Shown piece after piece: positions 17,871 to 27,171 of a stretch of 64,000 bases of DNA (position 1 is its first letter; each line of letters begins with the position of its first letter). The notes under the pieces were generated by a model, which saw only the letters and a list, made by a program, of their open reading frames with translations, was not told the DNA's origin and did no database searches. The stretch comes from Nitrososphaerota archaeon (GTDB taxonomy: Archaea; Thermoproteota; Nitrososphaeria; PSMU01), in assembly GCA_040290255.1 (NCBI GenBank), contig PSMU01000001.1:1-64000 (forward strand). Direction: 5' to 3'. The translations under genes and the position numbers were made by a program.

Positions 17871-17937
17871 GGCCCGCCCCGGACCCCGGATTTAGCCGTG
17901 AGCCCCCATCGGATTGGCGAGCTAGTGCCGGGCCCGA
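17871..17937 (+). ncRNA. Candidate K-turn hairpin RNA
   Basis: CCCGG-ATT-TAGC-CGT-GA-GCC...GGC-GA-GCTA-GTG-CCGGG forms a canonical kink-turn within a hairpin. Confidence 0.35.
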
Positions 17938-17992
17938 GTTAAAGCTTAAAGAGCGGGGCCTTTGAGCCAAAAAACGGTGGAGGTCAGGCAGC

Positions 17993-20161
17993 GTGGTTAC
18001 CCCGTCTAAACAGCTTAGGGTGATGGAGGCCTATACTAAGGACGTCGGCCGTGGCGTCGGAAGGATAGATTATGAGTCGATGGATGAGCTTCAGGTCACC
18101 ACGGGCGATGTGCTGGAGGTAAAGGGTAAGAAGAGGACCGTGGTCAAGTGCCTTCCGCTATACCCCTCCGATGAGGGCAGGGGAGTGATAAGGATCGATG
18201 GCCTTACGAGGCTCAACGCGGGCGTGGCGCTGGGGGAATTCGTTACGGTGCGCAAGATAAGGGCCTATCCCGCCGAAAGGATTATGGTGGCCCCTCTGGA
18301 GGCGATACCCCCCATCGACGAGCGCTACCTGGCCGAGGCCCTCGATACGCTGGTCGTAACAAAGGGCGATAACATCATGGTCCCCTACTTTGGCGGAAGG
18401 CTGACCTTTCAGGTGATCTCCACCACGCCGCCCGCCGATGCCGTCATCATCAACTCTAGGACCGTCTTCGTGATCACGGAGAGGGGAGAAGCGCTCCGTT
18501 CCGTGCCCCACGTGACCTACGAGGATATAGGCGGGCTCAAGGATGCCATCCAGAAGATAAGGGAGATGGTGGAGCTCCCCCTGAGGCACCCAGAGCTCTT
18601 CGAGAGGCTGGGCATAGAGCCGCCGAAGGGCGTGCTCCTCTATGGCCCTCCGGGCACGGGCAAGACGCTGCTCGCGAAGGCCGTGGCGAATGAGAGCAAC
18701 GCGCACTTCATAAGCATCTCGGGCCCGGAGATCATGAGCAAGTTTTACGGCGAGAGCGAGGCCCGGCTCAGGGAGATCTTCAAGGAGGCCAAGGAGAAGG
18801 CCCCCAGCATAATCTTCATCGACGAAGTGGACTCCATAGCGCCCAAGAGGGAAGAGGTGACAGGAGAAGTAGAGAGGAGGGTCGTGAGCCAGCTGCTGAC
18901 GCTGCTGGATGGGCTCGAGGCCAGGGGGAAGGTGATCGTAATAGCCGCCACGAACAGGCCCAACGCCATCGACCCAGCGCTGAGGCGCCCCGGCCGGCTT
19001 GACCGCGAAATAGAGATCCCGGTGCCCGATAGGAAGGGAAGGCTGGAGATCCTGCAAATTCACACAAGGAACATGCCGCTCGCCCCTGATGTGGACTTAG
19101 AGAGGCTCGCCAGCGTTACCCATGGCTTCGTGGGCGCGGACCTAGAGTACCTGTGCAAGGAGGCCGCCATGAAGGCGCTGCGCAGGATCCTGCCCGAGAT
19201 AAAGCTCGATGAGCCCAGGATTCCACAGGAGATACTGAACAAGCTGCAGGTCACCATGGCCGACTTTGAAGCGGCCCTCAAGGAGATCACGCCCTCCGCG
19301 CTCAGGGAGGTCTACCTGGAAACGCCCGAGGTGCACTGGGATGACATAGGAGGGCTCGAGGACGTCAAGAGGGAGCTCAAGGAGGCCGTGGAGTGGCCCC
19401 TGAAGTACCCCGAGCTGTATAAGCGCCTTGGGTATAATATGCCGAAGGGCGTGCTCCTCTATGGCCCTCCGGGCACGGGCAAGACGCTGCTCGCGAAGGC
19501 CGTGGCCACTGAGAGCGAGGCGAACTTCATAAGCGTCAGGGGACCCGAGCTGCTGAGCAAGTGGGTGGGCGAATCGGAAAGGGGCATCAGGGAGGTCTTC
19601 AGGAAGGCTCGGCAGGCCGCCCCCTGCATTATCTTCTTTGATGAGCTCGATGCGATCGCCCCCGTAAGGGGGCTGGGCGCCGATAGCATGGTCACCGAGA
19701 GGGTCGTGAGCCAGCTGCTGACCGAGATGGACGGCATACAGGGGCTCTCAGGCGTCGTAGTAATAGGCGCGACCAACCGCATAGATATGATCGATAGGGC
19801 CCTGCTCAGGGCGGGCAGGTTCGACAAGATCGTCTACGTGCCGTTGCCCGACAAGGAGGCCAGGCGCCAGATCTTCCAGATACACCTCCGCAACAAGCCC
19901 ATAGCCAGCGACGTCAGCCTGGATGCGCTCGTGGAGCAGTCGCAGGGCTTCAGCGGCGCCGATATCGCTGCCGCGGTAAACACGGCCCTTTCGCTTGTGC
20001 TCCAAGAATTCATAGCGAAGTACCCCGAGCCCGAGGAGGCGGCCAAGCACATGAATGAGTTCTTAGTCACGCGAGAGCACTTCGAGAGGGCAATTAAGAA
20101 GGTAAAGTCCATGAAGGAGGCAAGGCCCTCCGAGACCGTTCCAGTGCAGGCCTACAGATAG
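17993..20161 (+). CDS. cdc48: CDC48/VCP AAA ATPase
   Basis: N domain plus two AAA modules ([30 protein letters not shown]); C-terminal HbYX-like AYR. Confidence 0.97.
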   Translation: MVTPSKQLRVMEAYTKDVGRGVGRIDYESMDELQVTTGDVLEVKGKKRTVVKCLPLYPSDEGRGVIRIDGLTRLNAGVALGEFVTVRKIRAYPAERIMVAPLEAIPPIDERYLAEALDTLVVTKGDNIMVPYFGGRLTFQVISTTPPADAVIINSRTVFVITERGEALRSVPHVTYEDIGGLKDAIQKIREMVELPLRHPELFERLGIEPPKGVLLYGPPGTGKTLLAKAVANESNAHFISISGPEIMSKFYGESEARLREIFKEAKEKAPSIIFIDEVDSIAPKREEVTGEVERRVVSQLLTLLDGLEARGKVIVIAATNRPNAIDPALRRPGRLDREIEIPVPDRKGRLEILQIHTRNMPLAPDVDLERLASVTHGFVGADLEYLCKEAAMKALRRILPEIKLDEPRIPQEILNKLQVTMADFEAALKEITPSALREVYLETPEVHWDDIGGLEDVKRELKEAVEWPLKYPELYKRLGYNMPKGVLLYGPPGTGKTLLAKAVATESEANFISVRGPELLSKWVGESERGIREVFRKARQAAPCIIFFDELDAIAPVRGLGADSMVTERVVSQLLTEMDGIQGLSGVVVIGATNRIDMIDRALLRAGRFDKIVYVPLPDKEARRQIFQIHLRNKPIASDVSLDALVEQSQGFSGADIAAAVNTALSLVLQEFIAKYPEPEEAAKHMNEFLVTREHFERAIKKVKSMKEARPSETVPVQAYR
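18622..19506 (+). repeat. 66-bp exact intragenic direct repeat (18622-18687 = 19441-19506)
   Basis: gccgaagggcgtgctcctctatggccctccgggcacgggcaagacgctgctcgcgaaggccgtggc occurs in both D1 and D2 Walker A regions. Confidence 0.9.
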
Positions 20162-20190
20162 ACCCATATTGCTGCTTGGCCAAGCACCTC

Positions 20191-20265
20191 GGGCCCGTGG
20201 CCCAGCCTGGATAGGGCACCGGCCTTCGGAGCCGGGGGGCGTGGGTTCGAATCCCACCGGGCCCG
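20191..20265 (+). tRNA. tRNA-Arg(TCG), intronless
   Basis: GGGCCCG/CGGGCCC acceptor stem; CCGGC-CT-TCG-GA-GCCGG anticodon arm; GGTTCGAATCC. Confidence 0.95.
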
Positions 20266-20388
20266 CCTAAGTTTTCACATATCTCCTAGCCACTTAGCGG
20301 ACGCTTAGCCGCGTTCCCGGCTAATAAAGCTAATAAACTCAGGCCATGAAGTTGTGTCATGGCCTAGCTCTTCGCGGGCTGGCCTGTC

Positions 20389-20658
20389 GTGCTGGGGCTT
20401 GGCGTCCTGATCCTGCTGGTGGGTCTGATGGCGCGGGCCGCCAAGAAGAAGGCGGGTTCGGCCCTACTGGGCCTTGGCATCTTTTGGCTCGCCGTGATGG
20501 GCCTCTACGTGGGCCTGCTGAGCGTGGGCCAGTACTATCCCCAGGGAAGCTTTCCCATCTATTCAGCGCCCTACATCCTAGCCGTCTTGATCTTCCTCGC
20601 GGGCGTGGCCCTTGCCCTTCGCACCGCAAGGCTCGCCAGGAGGTATAAACCGGCATGA
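20389..20658 (+). CDS. Small three-TM membrane protein heading the ECF operon (possible true start ATG 20359 with in-frame TAG)
   Basis: Three hydrophobic segments; ATGA overlap with the next gene. Confidence 0.7.
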   Translation: MLGLGVLILLVGLMARAAKKKAGSALLGLGIFWLAVMGLYVGLLSVGQYYPQGSFPIYSAPYILAVLIFLAGVALALRTARLARRYKPA

Positions 20659-21509
20659 CCGGCGCAGGCCTGCGCCTGGGCGCCGCCCTGCTCGCGGCTA
20701 TCAGCCTGGCCATCACCGCCTGGGGCGCCTACACGTACGCTTCATCGGCCGGCAGCATCTTTAGGGCGGGGCCCCAGACGTGGAGCTGGGGCGCTGCCTT
20801 CCTCTCGCCGGGGCTCGGCTTCTGGGGCGTGCTCGGGGGCCTGCTGTGGCTGGTGGGCACGGTCCTCTTCGTGACCGAGCTGGCGGGCTATTCGCTCACG
20901 AGAAGGGGGCTCGTCAGGAACAACGTGCGATGGGACTCCTTGGATATAAGCACCGCCGCGCTCTCCGCGGCCGTTTATGGCGGGGGGCTCGTGGCCACCG
21001 CTCCTCTCGTCATCATACCGGGCTTTACCTGGATCAGGCCGGCCAACATGCTGGCGCCGATCTTCGGGATGTTCTTCGGGCTGCCAGGGGCGCTCGGCGT
21101 AGCTATAGGCAACTTCATAGCCGATGCCCTCGGGGGCTTCTTCAGCTTTGGAAGCGTAGGAGGCTTCGTGGGCAACTTCCTGCTCGCATACCTGCCTTAC
21201 AGGTTCATCGGGGATCCCTCGCTCAGGAGCGGCGCCTCCGCGCTTCGTTACTATCTCTGGGCCGTGCTCATCAGCTCCCTTTGGTGTGCGATCTACATAG
21301 GCTGGTGGCTCTATGTCTTTGAGCCCCTCATAGGGCTTCCGCCGCTCTTCGTCTGGGGCTGGTTCGTGCCCTTCGTCTTCATAAATAACGGCCTCGTTAC
21401 GGCCGTCGTGGGGCCCCTGCTCGCCTACGCCCTTTATCCCTTGGTAAAGCGCTCGGGGCTCTACTGGGCCGATCGCGTAGCCCCAACCAGCATAGCGAAG
21501 CCCAGCTAG
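20655..21509 (+). CDS. ECF transporter substrate-binding S component (QueT-like) with N-terminal extension
   Basis: IRPANMLAPIFGMFFGLPGALGVAIGNFIAD signature; directly upstream of T and A components. Confidence 0.8.
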   Translation: MTGAGLRLGAALLAAISLAITAWGAYTYASSAGSIFRAGPQTWSWGAAFLSPGLGFWGVLGGLLWLVGTVLFVTELAGYSLTRRGLVRNNVRWDSLDISTAALSAAVYGGGLVATAPLVIIPGFTWIRPANMLAPIFGMFFGLPGALGVAIGNFIADALGGFFSFGSVGGFVGNFLLAYLPYRFIGDPSLRSGASALRYYLWAVLISSLWCAIYIGWWLYVFEPLIGLPPLFVWGWFVPFVFINNGLVTAVVGPLLAYALYPLVKRSGLYWADRVAPTSIAKPS

Positions 21510-21516
21510 CGGGAAG

Positions 21517-22308
21517 ATGGCGGCTAGGCTCAGCCTTTACGTGCCGACGCGCAGTCCCCTTCACCAACTCGATCCTAGGACCAAGTTCGCCCTGCTGGTG
21601 CTCGTGCTGGCCTTCTCGGTCACCAACGATCAGCTCTTCAAGGATCCCCTGCTGGGCCTCCTCGCCTTCGCCTACCTGCTGGCGCTCATGCTAGCGGCCA
21701 GGCTACCTTCAACATGGATTAGGGTGGGGCTTTACCTGAGCGCGCTCTTCATGATGACAAACGTGATCTTCTGGTCGCCCTACTTCACCGATAGAGGCGC
21801 AGCGCTGCTGAGGGTGCCGCTGCTCAACATAGCGCTCACCGAGTATGGGCTCAGGTTTTCTTTGACGAAGGGCTTCTTGGTGACGAACCCCGTGCTGGCC
21901 TCCGTCCTAACCTTCACCACCACGGAGCCCCAGAGGCTCCTTCAGGGGCTCCAGAAGCTAGGGGTGCCCTTCGTGGGCGCCTTCACGCTGATCTTGGCCC
22001 TGCGGCTGATACCCTACGCCGTCGAGGAGCTCAGGGCGGTGATGGAGGCCCAGATGCTCAGGGGGCTCGAGCTCCAGAAGGGAGGACCCATAAGGAGGAT
22101 AAGAAGCCATATACCCATCTTCATACCTCTCTTCGTGCGCATGATGAGGGGGATATACGAGCTGGCGGTGGCCCTTGAGTGTAAGGGCCTGGGCGCGGGG
22201 AACAGGAGAAGCTATGCCCTCCCCCTTGCGCTGGGGCGGGGTGATGCGGCCCTGCTGGGCCTGAGCTGCGCCGTGCTGGCCGCGCCCCTGCTGCTTAGGC
22301 TGGTGTAG
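21517..22308 (+). CDS. ecfT: ECF transporter transmembrane component T
   Basis: SPLHQLDPRTK, ALRLIP, EAQMLRG, ALECKG. Confidence 0.92.
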   Translation: MAARLSLYVPTRSPLHQLDPRTKFALLVLVLAFSVTNDQLFKDPLLGLLAFAYLLALMLAARLPSTWIRVGLYLSALFMMTNVIFWSPYFTDRGAALLRVPLLNIALTEYGLRFSLTKGFLVTNPVLASVLTFTTTEPQRLLQGLQKLGVPFVGAFTLILALRLIPYAVEELRAVMEAQMLRGLELQKGGPIRRIRSHIPIFIPLFVRMMRGIYELAVALECKGLGAGNRRSYALPLALGRGDAALLGLSCAVLAAPLLLRLV

Positions 22309-22313
22309 GGGCG

Positions 22314-23162
22314 TTGCAGGTCATCAGCGTGAAGGACCTCTGGGTCCGGTTCCCGGGCGAGCCCGAGCCGGCGCTCAGGGGCCTAAGCCTGGAGGTGGGT
22401 GAGGGCGAGCTCGTCGTGCTCATGGGGCCCAGCGGGGGAGGGAAGACGACGCTCTGCTACTGCCTGCTGGGCATAATTCCCCACCTGATAAGGGCCGAGG
22501 TCAGGGGCCACATCAGTGTGCTGGGGCTCGACCCCAGGCGCGAGACGCCCTCGAGGATGGCGAGGCAGGTGGGCCTGGTCTTCCAGAACCCGGAGCTGCA
22601 GCTCGTCACCGACAGCGTCTACCAGGAGGTCGCCTTTCCGCTGGAGAACGCGGGGCTCCCTCCCGATGAGATCTCCAAGAGGATCGAGGAGGTGCTCGAG
22701 TTCACCCGCCTCAAGCCCTTGAAGGACGTACACCCGAGGGAGCTCTCGGGGGGCCAGAAGCAGGTCCTGGCCATCGCCTCCGTGCTGGCGCTGAGGCCAA
22801 AGCTGTTGCTCCTAGATGAGCCCACCTCCCAGCTCGACCACGCCGGCGTGGTAAGGGTGCTCGAGCTGCTCTTAAGGCTCAGGCGCGAATACTCGCTCAC
22901 GATCTTGGCCGTAGAGCATAGGATCGAATGGGTGGCCGAGCATGCCGATAGAATCCTCGTTTTAGCCGATGGGGCCCTTGCCGCGCAAGGCCCGCCGAGG
23001 GAGCTCTTCTCGAAGAGAGAGCTCGTCCGGGCCCTTGGAGTCCGCTGCCCCCAGGTCGCCGAGGTGGCATATGAGCTCAGCGATGTGGGCATAAGGCTCA
23101 GCAGGGTTCCTGTGAACGTGAGCGAGGCGCTGTCGGAGCTCTCCGCGCTGTTGAGGCCTTGA
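22314..23162 (+). CDS. ecfA: ECF transporter ATPase
   Basis: GPSGGGKTT, FQNPELQ, LSGGQKQ, LLDEPTSQLD. Confidence 0.93.
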   Translation: MQVISVKDLWVRFPGEPEPALRGLSLEVGEGELVVLMGPSGGGKTTLCYCLLGIIPHLIRAEVRGHISVLGLDPRRETPSRMARQVGLVFQNPELQLVTDSVYQEVAFPLENAGLPPDEISKRIEEVLEFTRLKPLKDVHPRELSGGQKQVLAIASVLALRPKLLLLDEPTSQLDHAGVVRVLELLLRLRREYSLTILAVEHRIEWVAEHADRILVLADGALAAQGPPRELFSKRELVRALGVRCPQVAEVAYELSDVGIRLSRVPVNVSEALSELSALLRP

Positions 23163-24001
23163 GCAGGGCCCCGCTCATAGCCCTCGAGGGTGTTCATTAC
23201 AGTTACAGGCCCGACAGGCCCGTGCTCAGGGGCATCAACCTTGTGCTATATGAAGGGGACTTCGTCGCGCTGATGGGCGAAAACGGCTCGGGCAAGAGCA
23301 CGCTGGCCAAGCTGATCGTGGGCCTGCTCAGGCCCAGCAAGGGCAGGGTGCTGGTGGACGGCATGGACACGAGGTCGGCCAGCGTGGCGGAATTGGCCAG
23401 AAGGGTAGGGTACGTGGCCCAGAACCCGGAGCGCATGCTCTTCGCCGGGACGCTACTGGAAGAGGTGGGCTTCGCCCTCAGGAACTTCGGCATCGCCGAC
23501 CTCAGCGAAGTAGAGGTGAGGGTAAGGGAGGCGCTCTCGCTCGTGGACCTCAAGAAGCCCCTGGAGGCCTCGCCCCACCTGCTGAGCACGGGCGAGAAGC
23601 ACAGGCTCGCGATCGCCTGCGCCCTAGCCATGCGGCCCAGGGCGCTGGTGCTGGACGAGCCCACCACGGGCCTGGACTTTAGGCACATACTCCAGCTGGC
23701 GCAGCTGCTCAGCGACCTCAACAGGAGGGGTGTGGCCATCCTGCTCATCACACACGACATGTACTTGGCGGCCGAGTTCTGCCGCCGCGTGCTCCTGCTT
23801 CATGAGGGCAGCCTCGTGGCCGATGGCCCTCCCGACGCCGTGCTCACTCAAGTGGACCTGCTTAGGCGCTGCTCCCTTATTCCCCTACAGGTGACGCAGC
23901 TCTCCCTCGCCCTCAACGACAGGGGCTTCGGCCGTCCCTGCGTGACGACGGCCTCGTTCGTGCGCGAGTTCGTCAGGCACATAAGGGCCCAAGAGCCCTG
24001 A
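23159..24001 (+). CDS. ecfA: ECF transporter ATPase (second)
   Basis: GENGSGKST, QNPE, LSTGEKHR, LDEPTTGLD. Confidence 0.93.
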   Translation: MSRAPLIALEGVHYSYRPDRPVLRGINLVLYEGDFVALMGENGSGKSTLAKLIVGLLRPSKGRVLVDGMDTRSASVAELARRVGYVAQNPERMLFAGTLLEEVGFALRNFGIADLSEVEVRVREALSLVDLKKPLEASPHLLSTGEKHRLAIACALAMRPRALVLDEPTTGLDFRHILQLAQLLSDLNRRGVAILLITHDMYLAAEFCRRVLLLHEGSLVADGPPDAVLTQVDLLRRCSLIPLQVTQLSLALNDRGFGRPCVTTASFVREFVRHIRAQEP

Positions 24002-24010
24002 ACGGCGCGC

Positions 24011-24781
24011 TCAGTGGGCCTTCTTGGCGCGCTTCCTCTCCGGCTTCAGAAGAGGCGAAAGCAGGTCCTTGAGAAGAGACGAGAGAGCCGTAGGCGCCTC
24101 CAGCATAGGAAAGTGCCCCAGCGCCTCGAGCCTCTGGACCCTCCCCGTGGGCAAAGAGACCTGCGCTGCGGCGCTGGGCCCGCTCAGCAGGTGTAGCAGC
24201 CTCCCCCTCCACTCCTTGAGCCGCTCAACGCCATAGCCTAGGCAGGCCCTCACGTCCCGCGCGAACAGCTGGCCCTCTCCCTGCGCCAACAGTCGCCAGA
24301 GGTCCCCCCTAAGCTGGCCGCTGAGCCCCTCGCCCGCCCTTGACAGGAAGGCCTCGGCCGCCCTCAGCGGCGCCCGCTCTATCCCGCCCACTATCTCTTC
24401 CGGAAGCGAGAAGCAGAGGGGGGCGTTGATCAGGATCAGCTCGGAGAAGAGCGAAGGGGCCCTAAGGGCGGCCTCGAGCGCCACGAGGCCCCCCATGTCA
24501 TGCCCCACGGCCACCGCGCCTTGGGCTGATAGATGCTCCATGAAGGCGAGCAGGACCGCTGCATGGCCGCGTATGCTCCCGTCGCCGGCAGGATAAGACC
24601 CGCCGTGTCCCGGGAGGTCCAGCGCATAGTAGACCGCCCCGGGCGGCGTGTCCAAGAAGACGTGCTTCCAGACCCAGGAGTTGGTGCCCATGCCGTGCAC
24701 GAAGAGGACCGGCCTTCCCTGCCCACCCCTCAAATAGTAGACAGAAAAGCCTGGCAGCATCGCGTATGGCACGCAGTGCAT
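24011..24781 (-). CDS. Alpha/beta-fold hydrolase
   Basis: FVHGMG, ALDLPGHGGS, GHDMGG elbow, GHFPMLE. Confidence 0.88.
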   Translation of the reverse strand: MHCVPYAMLPGFSVYYLRGGQGRPVLFVHGMGTNSWVWKHVFLDTPPGAVYYALDLPGHGGSYPAGDGSIRGHAAVLLAFMEHLSAQGAVAVGHDMGGLVALEAALRAPSLFSELILINAPLCFSLPEEIVGGIERAPLRAAEAFLSRAGEGLSGQLRGDLWRLLAQGEGQLFARDVRACLGYGVERLKEWRGRLLHLLSGPSAAAQVSLPTGRVQRLEALGHFPMLEAPTALSSLLKDLLSPLLKPERKRAKKAH

Positions 24782-24810
24782 AGAGGTCCTCGAGGTTTAA
24801 GCTTACCGCG

Positions 24811-26361
24811 TTAGGCCCGCGCCCGCCCCAAGGCCCTCTTCAGAGCTCTCTTAAGCGCCAGGACCGTCTGGGGCAGCAGCAGCGGCAGGAAGATGTTAAG
24901 GTATGCCGCGCGCAGAGCGCCCCTCACCGCTTCCCTCCTGCCCTTCTCGAGGTAGGCGCTAAGGAAGCGCGCGGCCATCTCCTCCACCTTTGAGGCCGAG
25001 GGATTGAACCTGCTGGCGAAGCAGATAAAGAGCGCGAGGTCCCATCCCGCCTCGCCCCCCTTCTCCGCCTGCTCGAGGTCCACAAGATACAGGCGCCCGT
25101 CCTCCGCCAGCACGAGGTTATCCGGCTTGGTATCCCCCAGGCACCATCCAAGCTCATGTATCCTCGCCAGCAGCCTGGCGGCCTCCTCTATGCCCTCGAG
25201 GCCCCCGTTGCCTGCAAAGTAGGCCTGAAGTTCTTCATCGAGCGTCCTGCCCTCCACATAACTCGTGACCAGGGCCGGCACCCTTGGGGCCAGGGCTAGC
25301 GGCACGGGCGTGGCGATGCCCTGCCTTGCCAACTCGCGGAGCGCCCTGAACTCCTTATAGAGGCGGGCCGAGGGCGAGAGGCTAAAGCGCCTGGAAAGCA
25401 GCGTCCAGGTCGAGACCACCGTCCATTTGGCCGCATAGATCCCGCCATAGATCTTAGCGCTCATCTTAGTTCCGCCCTTGGCCCCGTCCAGCAGCCACAG
25501 CTCCCTGCTCGAAAGCGGGCCCAGGCGCTTCACCTCAAGGTTCGCCCGCTCATGCCCCAGGACCCTGAGCGCGCCCCGCCTCCAGTCCTCTTCAAAGGTG
25601 AGCGCGCAGCCCTCGACCCGCAGCAGGCGCTCGGGCACTTCGAGCTCGGGCATCGCCCTGAGCTGGTCCGCCTGTTCGGCCCGCGACCGATTGAGCGCGC
25701 TCCCACCCCAGAGCAGCGACCCATAGGCGACATAGCGCGCGAGGCTCCTCCTTAGGCCCCTCAACAGGGGCTGCAGCCTTCCTTCTTGGCCTGGCGCGGC
25801 CAGGCGGTAATGGTCCCCCTGCCTGCTCAGCAGGCCCTCCTCGGCCAGGGCGTTGAGGATGGCGGAGAAGCCCTCCGCGCCCCGCCTTATTTCGCCGGGC
25901 GAAAACTCCAGGCCGGAGAGCAGCGGATTGAGCTCCAGCAAGAGCCTAAGCCGCTTAAAGTAAAAATACTCCTCGTCCAGCCAGAATTCGCACGCCAGGG
26001 GACCATAGGTGGCGTAGAGGTCCGCCAGCTCCTCCAACACCGCACGCCTCCTATAGCTGCCCTCCAGCCTGGAGAGGAACTCGGCGTTCAGGAGCGCCGT
26101 ATAGGGCAAGAGCAGGAGCCCGGCCGCGAGCTCGCCCAGCCGAGCGCTCATCACATCCTCCTCCAGCGCCCGCGAGGAAACGAGCACAAGCGTGGCCCGC
26201 GTCCCCTGGGCGCGCTGCAGCAGCTTTAACCTACTTCTGGCATCGCGCAATACGGCGAGCAGCAGCTCCCCCCTGCGCAGGCCCAGCACGCGCGCGGCGC
26301 CCAAAAGCTCCGCTTCTCCTAATTGCCCCTCCAGCCAGGATAGCAGCTCCTCGGCCTGCAA
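24811..26361 (-). CDS. Atypical (RIO/Bud32/Kdo-like) kinase with N-terminal degenerate nucleotidyltransferase-like region
   Basis: C-terminal AKIY..EFRAL..HELGWCLGDTKPDN..VDLE..WDLA kinase motifs; about 270 aa N-terminal region. Confidence 0.75.
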   Translation of the reverse strand: MQAEELLSWLEGQLGEAELLGAARVLGLRRGELLLAVLRDARSRLKLLQRAQGTRATLVLVSSRALEEDVMSARLGELAAGLLLLPYTALLNAEFLSRLEGSYRRRAVLEELADLYATYGPLACEFWLDEEYFYFKRLRLLLELNPLLSGLEFSPGEIRRGAEGFSAILNALAEEGLLSRQGDHYRLAAPGQEGRLQPLLRGLRRSLARYVAYGSLLWGGSALNRSRAEQADQLRAMPELEVPERLLRVEGCALTFEEDWRRGALRVLGHERANLEVKRLGPLSSRELWLLDGAKGGTKMSAKIYGGIYAAKWTVVSTWTLLSRRFSLSPSARLYKEFRALRELARQGIATPVPLALAPRVPALVTSYVEGRTLDEELQAYFAGNGGLEGIEEAARLLARIHELGWCLGDTKPDNLVLAEDGRLYLVDLEQAEKGGEAGWDLALFICFASRFNPSASKVEEMAARFLSAYLEKGRREAVRGALRAAYLNIFLPLLLPQTVLALKRALKRALGRARA

Positions 26362-26364
26362 GGC

Positions 26365-27039
26365 CTAGGAGTATATGCGTGAGAGCAGGTTTAGAACCTT
26401 TTGGTCGAAGCTGGCCCTTAGGATGGAGGCTATAGGGATCCTGAGGTAGTTCTCGGCCATCTGTATGCGGCGCACCGGATATCCCTTCTCAACCCAGAGC
26501 GTCCACACCTTCTTGGCCAAGGCCTCATCAACAAGATAGGGCCGGAACTTGCGCGCGATGAGCCTCACGAGTCCCCTATCCTTAAAGACCAGGTGTGCGG
26601 GCAGCGCCGCGTCCATGTCCGCAAAGGGCGCCTCAAAGGAGGTGGAGGCCGAGGGCAGGTTCTCCAGCCTTAGGCTGCTGAACCGCCTGACGAACTCCAA
26701 GTAGTGCAGGAGCTCATGGGCCAGCACCGCCTGCAGCGTCCCCCTGCTAGCATATAGCAGGAAGGGGGCCGACATGCTGACCAGGATCGAGAGGCCCTGC
26801 TCATCGGCCAGCGGCAGCGTCCTGCAGTAGAGGAGGCTCACGCCCATATCGGCGCCGGTGGCCACCGTGATGCTGGGCTCCACGTAGTAGGGCGGATAGG
26901 GGATGCCAGAGGCCCTTTCTATGCGGTCTATCGCCAGCCCCAGCTCGGGCTCCCTCCCGCGAATCCTTCGAAACATCCTCGAGGGCAGCTCCCCTCGCTC
27001 TACCGCCGCCTGAACAGGGAGCAGAGACTCGAACCTCAA
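26365..27039 (-). CDS. Conserved hypothetical protein with HEXXH zincin motif
   Basis: QAVLAHELLHYLE; ends 3 nt before the kinase start. Confidence 0.75.
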   Translation of the reverse strand: MRFESLLPVQAAVERGELPSRMFRRIRGREPELGLAIDRIERASGIPYPPYYVEPSITVATGADMGVSLLYCRTLPLADEQGLSILVSMSAPFLLYASRGTLQAVLAHELLHYLEFVRRFSSLRLENLPSASTSFEAPFADMDAALPAHLVFKDRGLVRLIARKFRPYLVDEALAKKVWTLWVEKGYPVRRIQMAENYLRIPIASILRASFDQKVLNLLSRIYS

Positions 27040-27171
27040 CTTTTAGAGGCGACGCCCCGGGTTCGTTTTTATGGCAGGAGGCTAAATCCCTAGACCAGCA
27101 GCTTAAGTTTTCCCTTAGGTCCCACAAAGGGGAAAAAGTTAATAAGTTAAAGTTCTAGTAGGTATTCCGGA

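Noticed and set aside
20365-20367. Genome-wide TAG recoding (pyrrolysine code)
   Set aside because: Many conserved genes (dnaG, tbp, cdc48, uL23, mcm) end at TAG at the expected C-terminus and no pyl genes are in the window.
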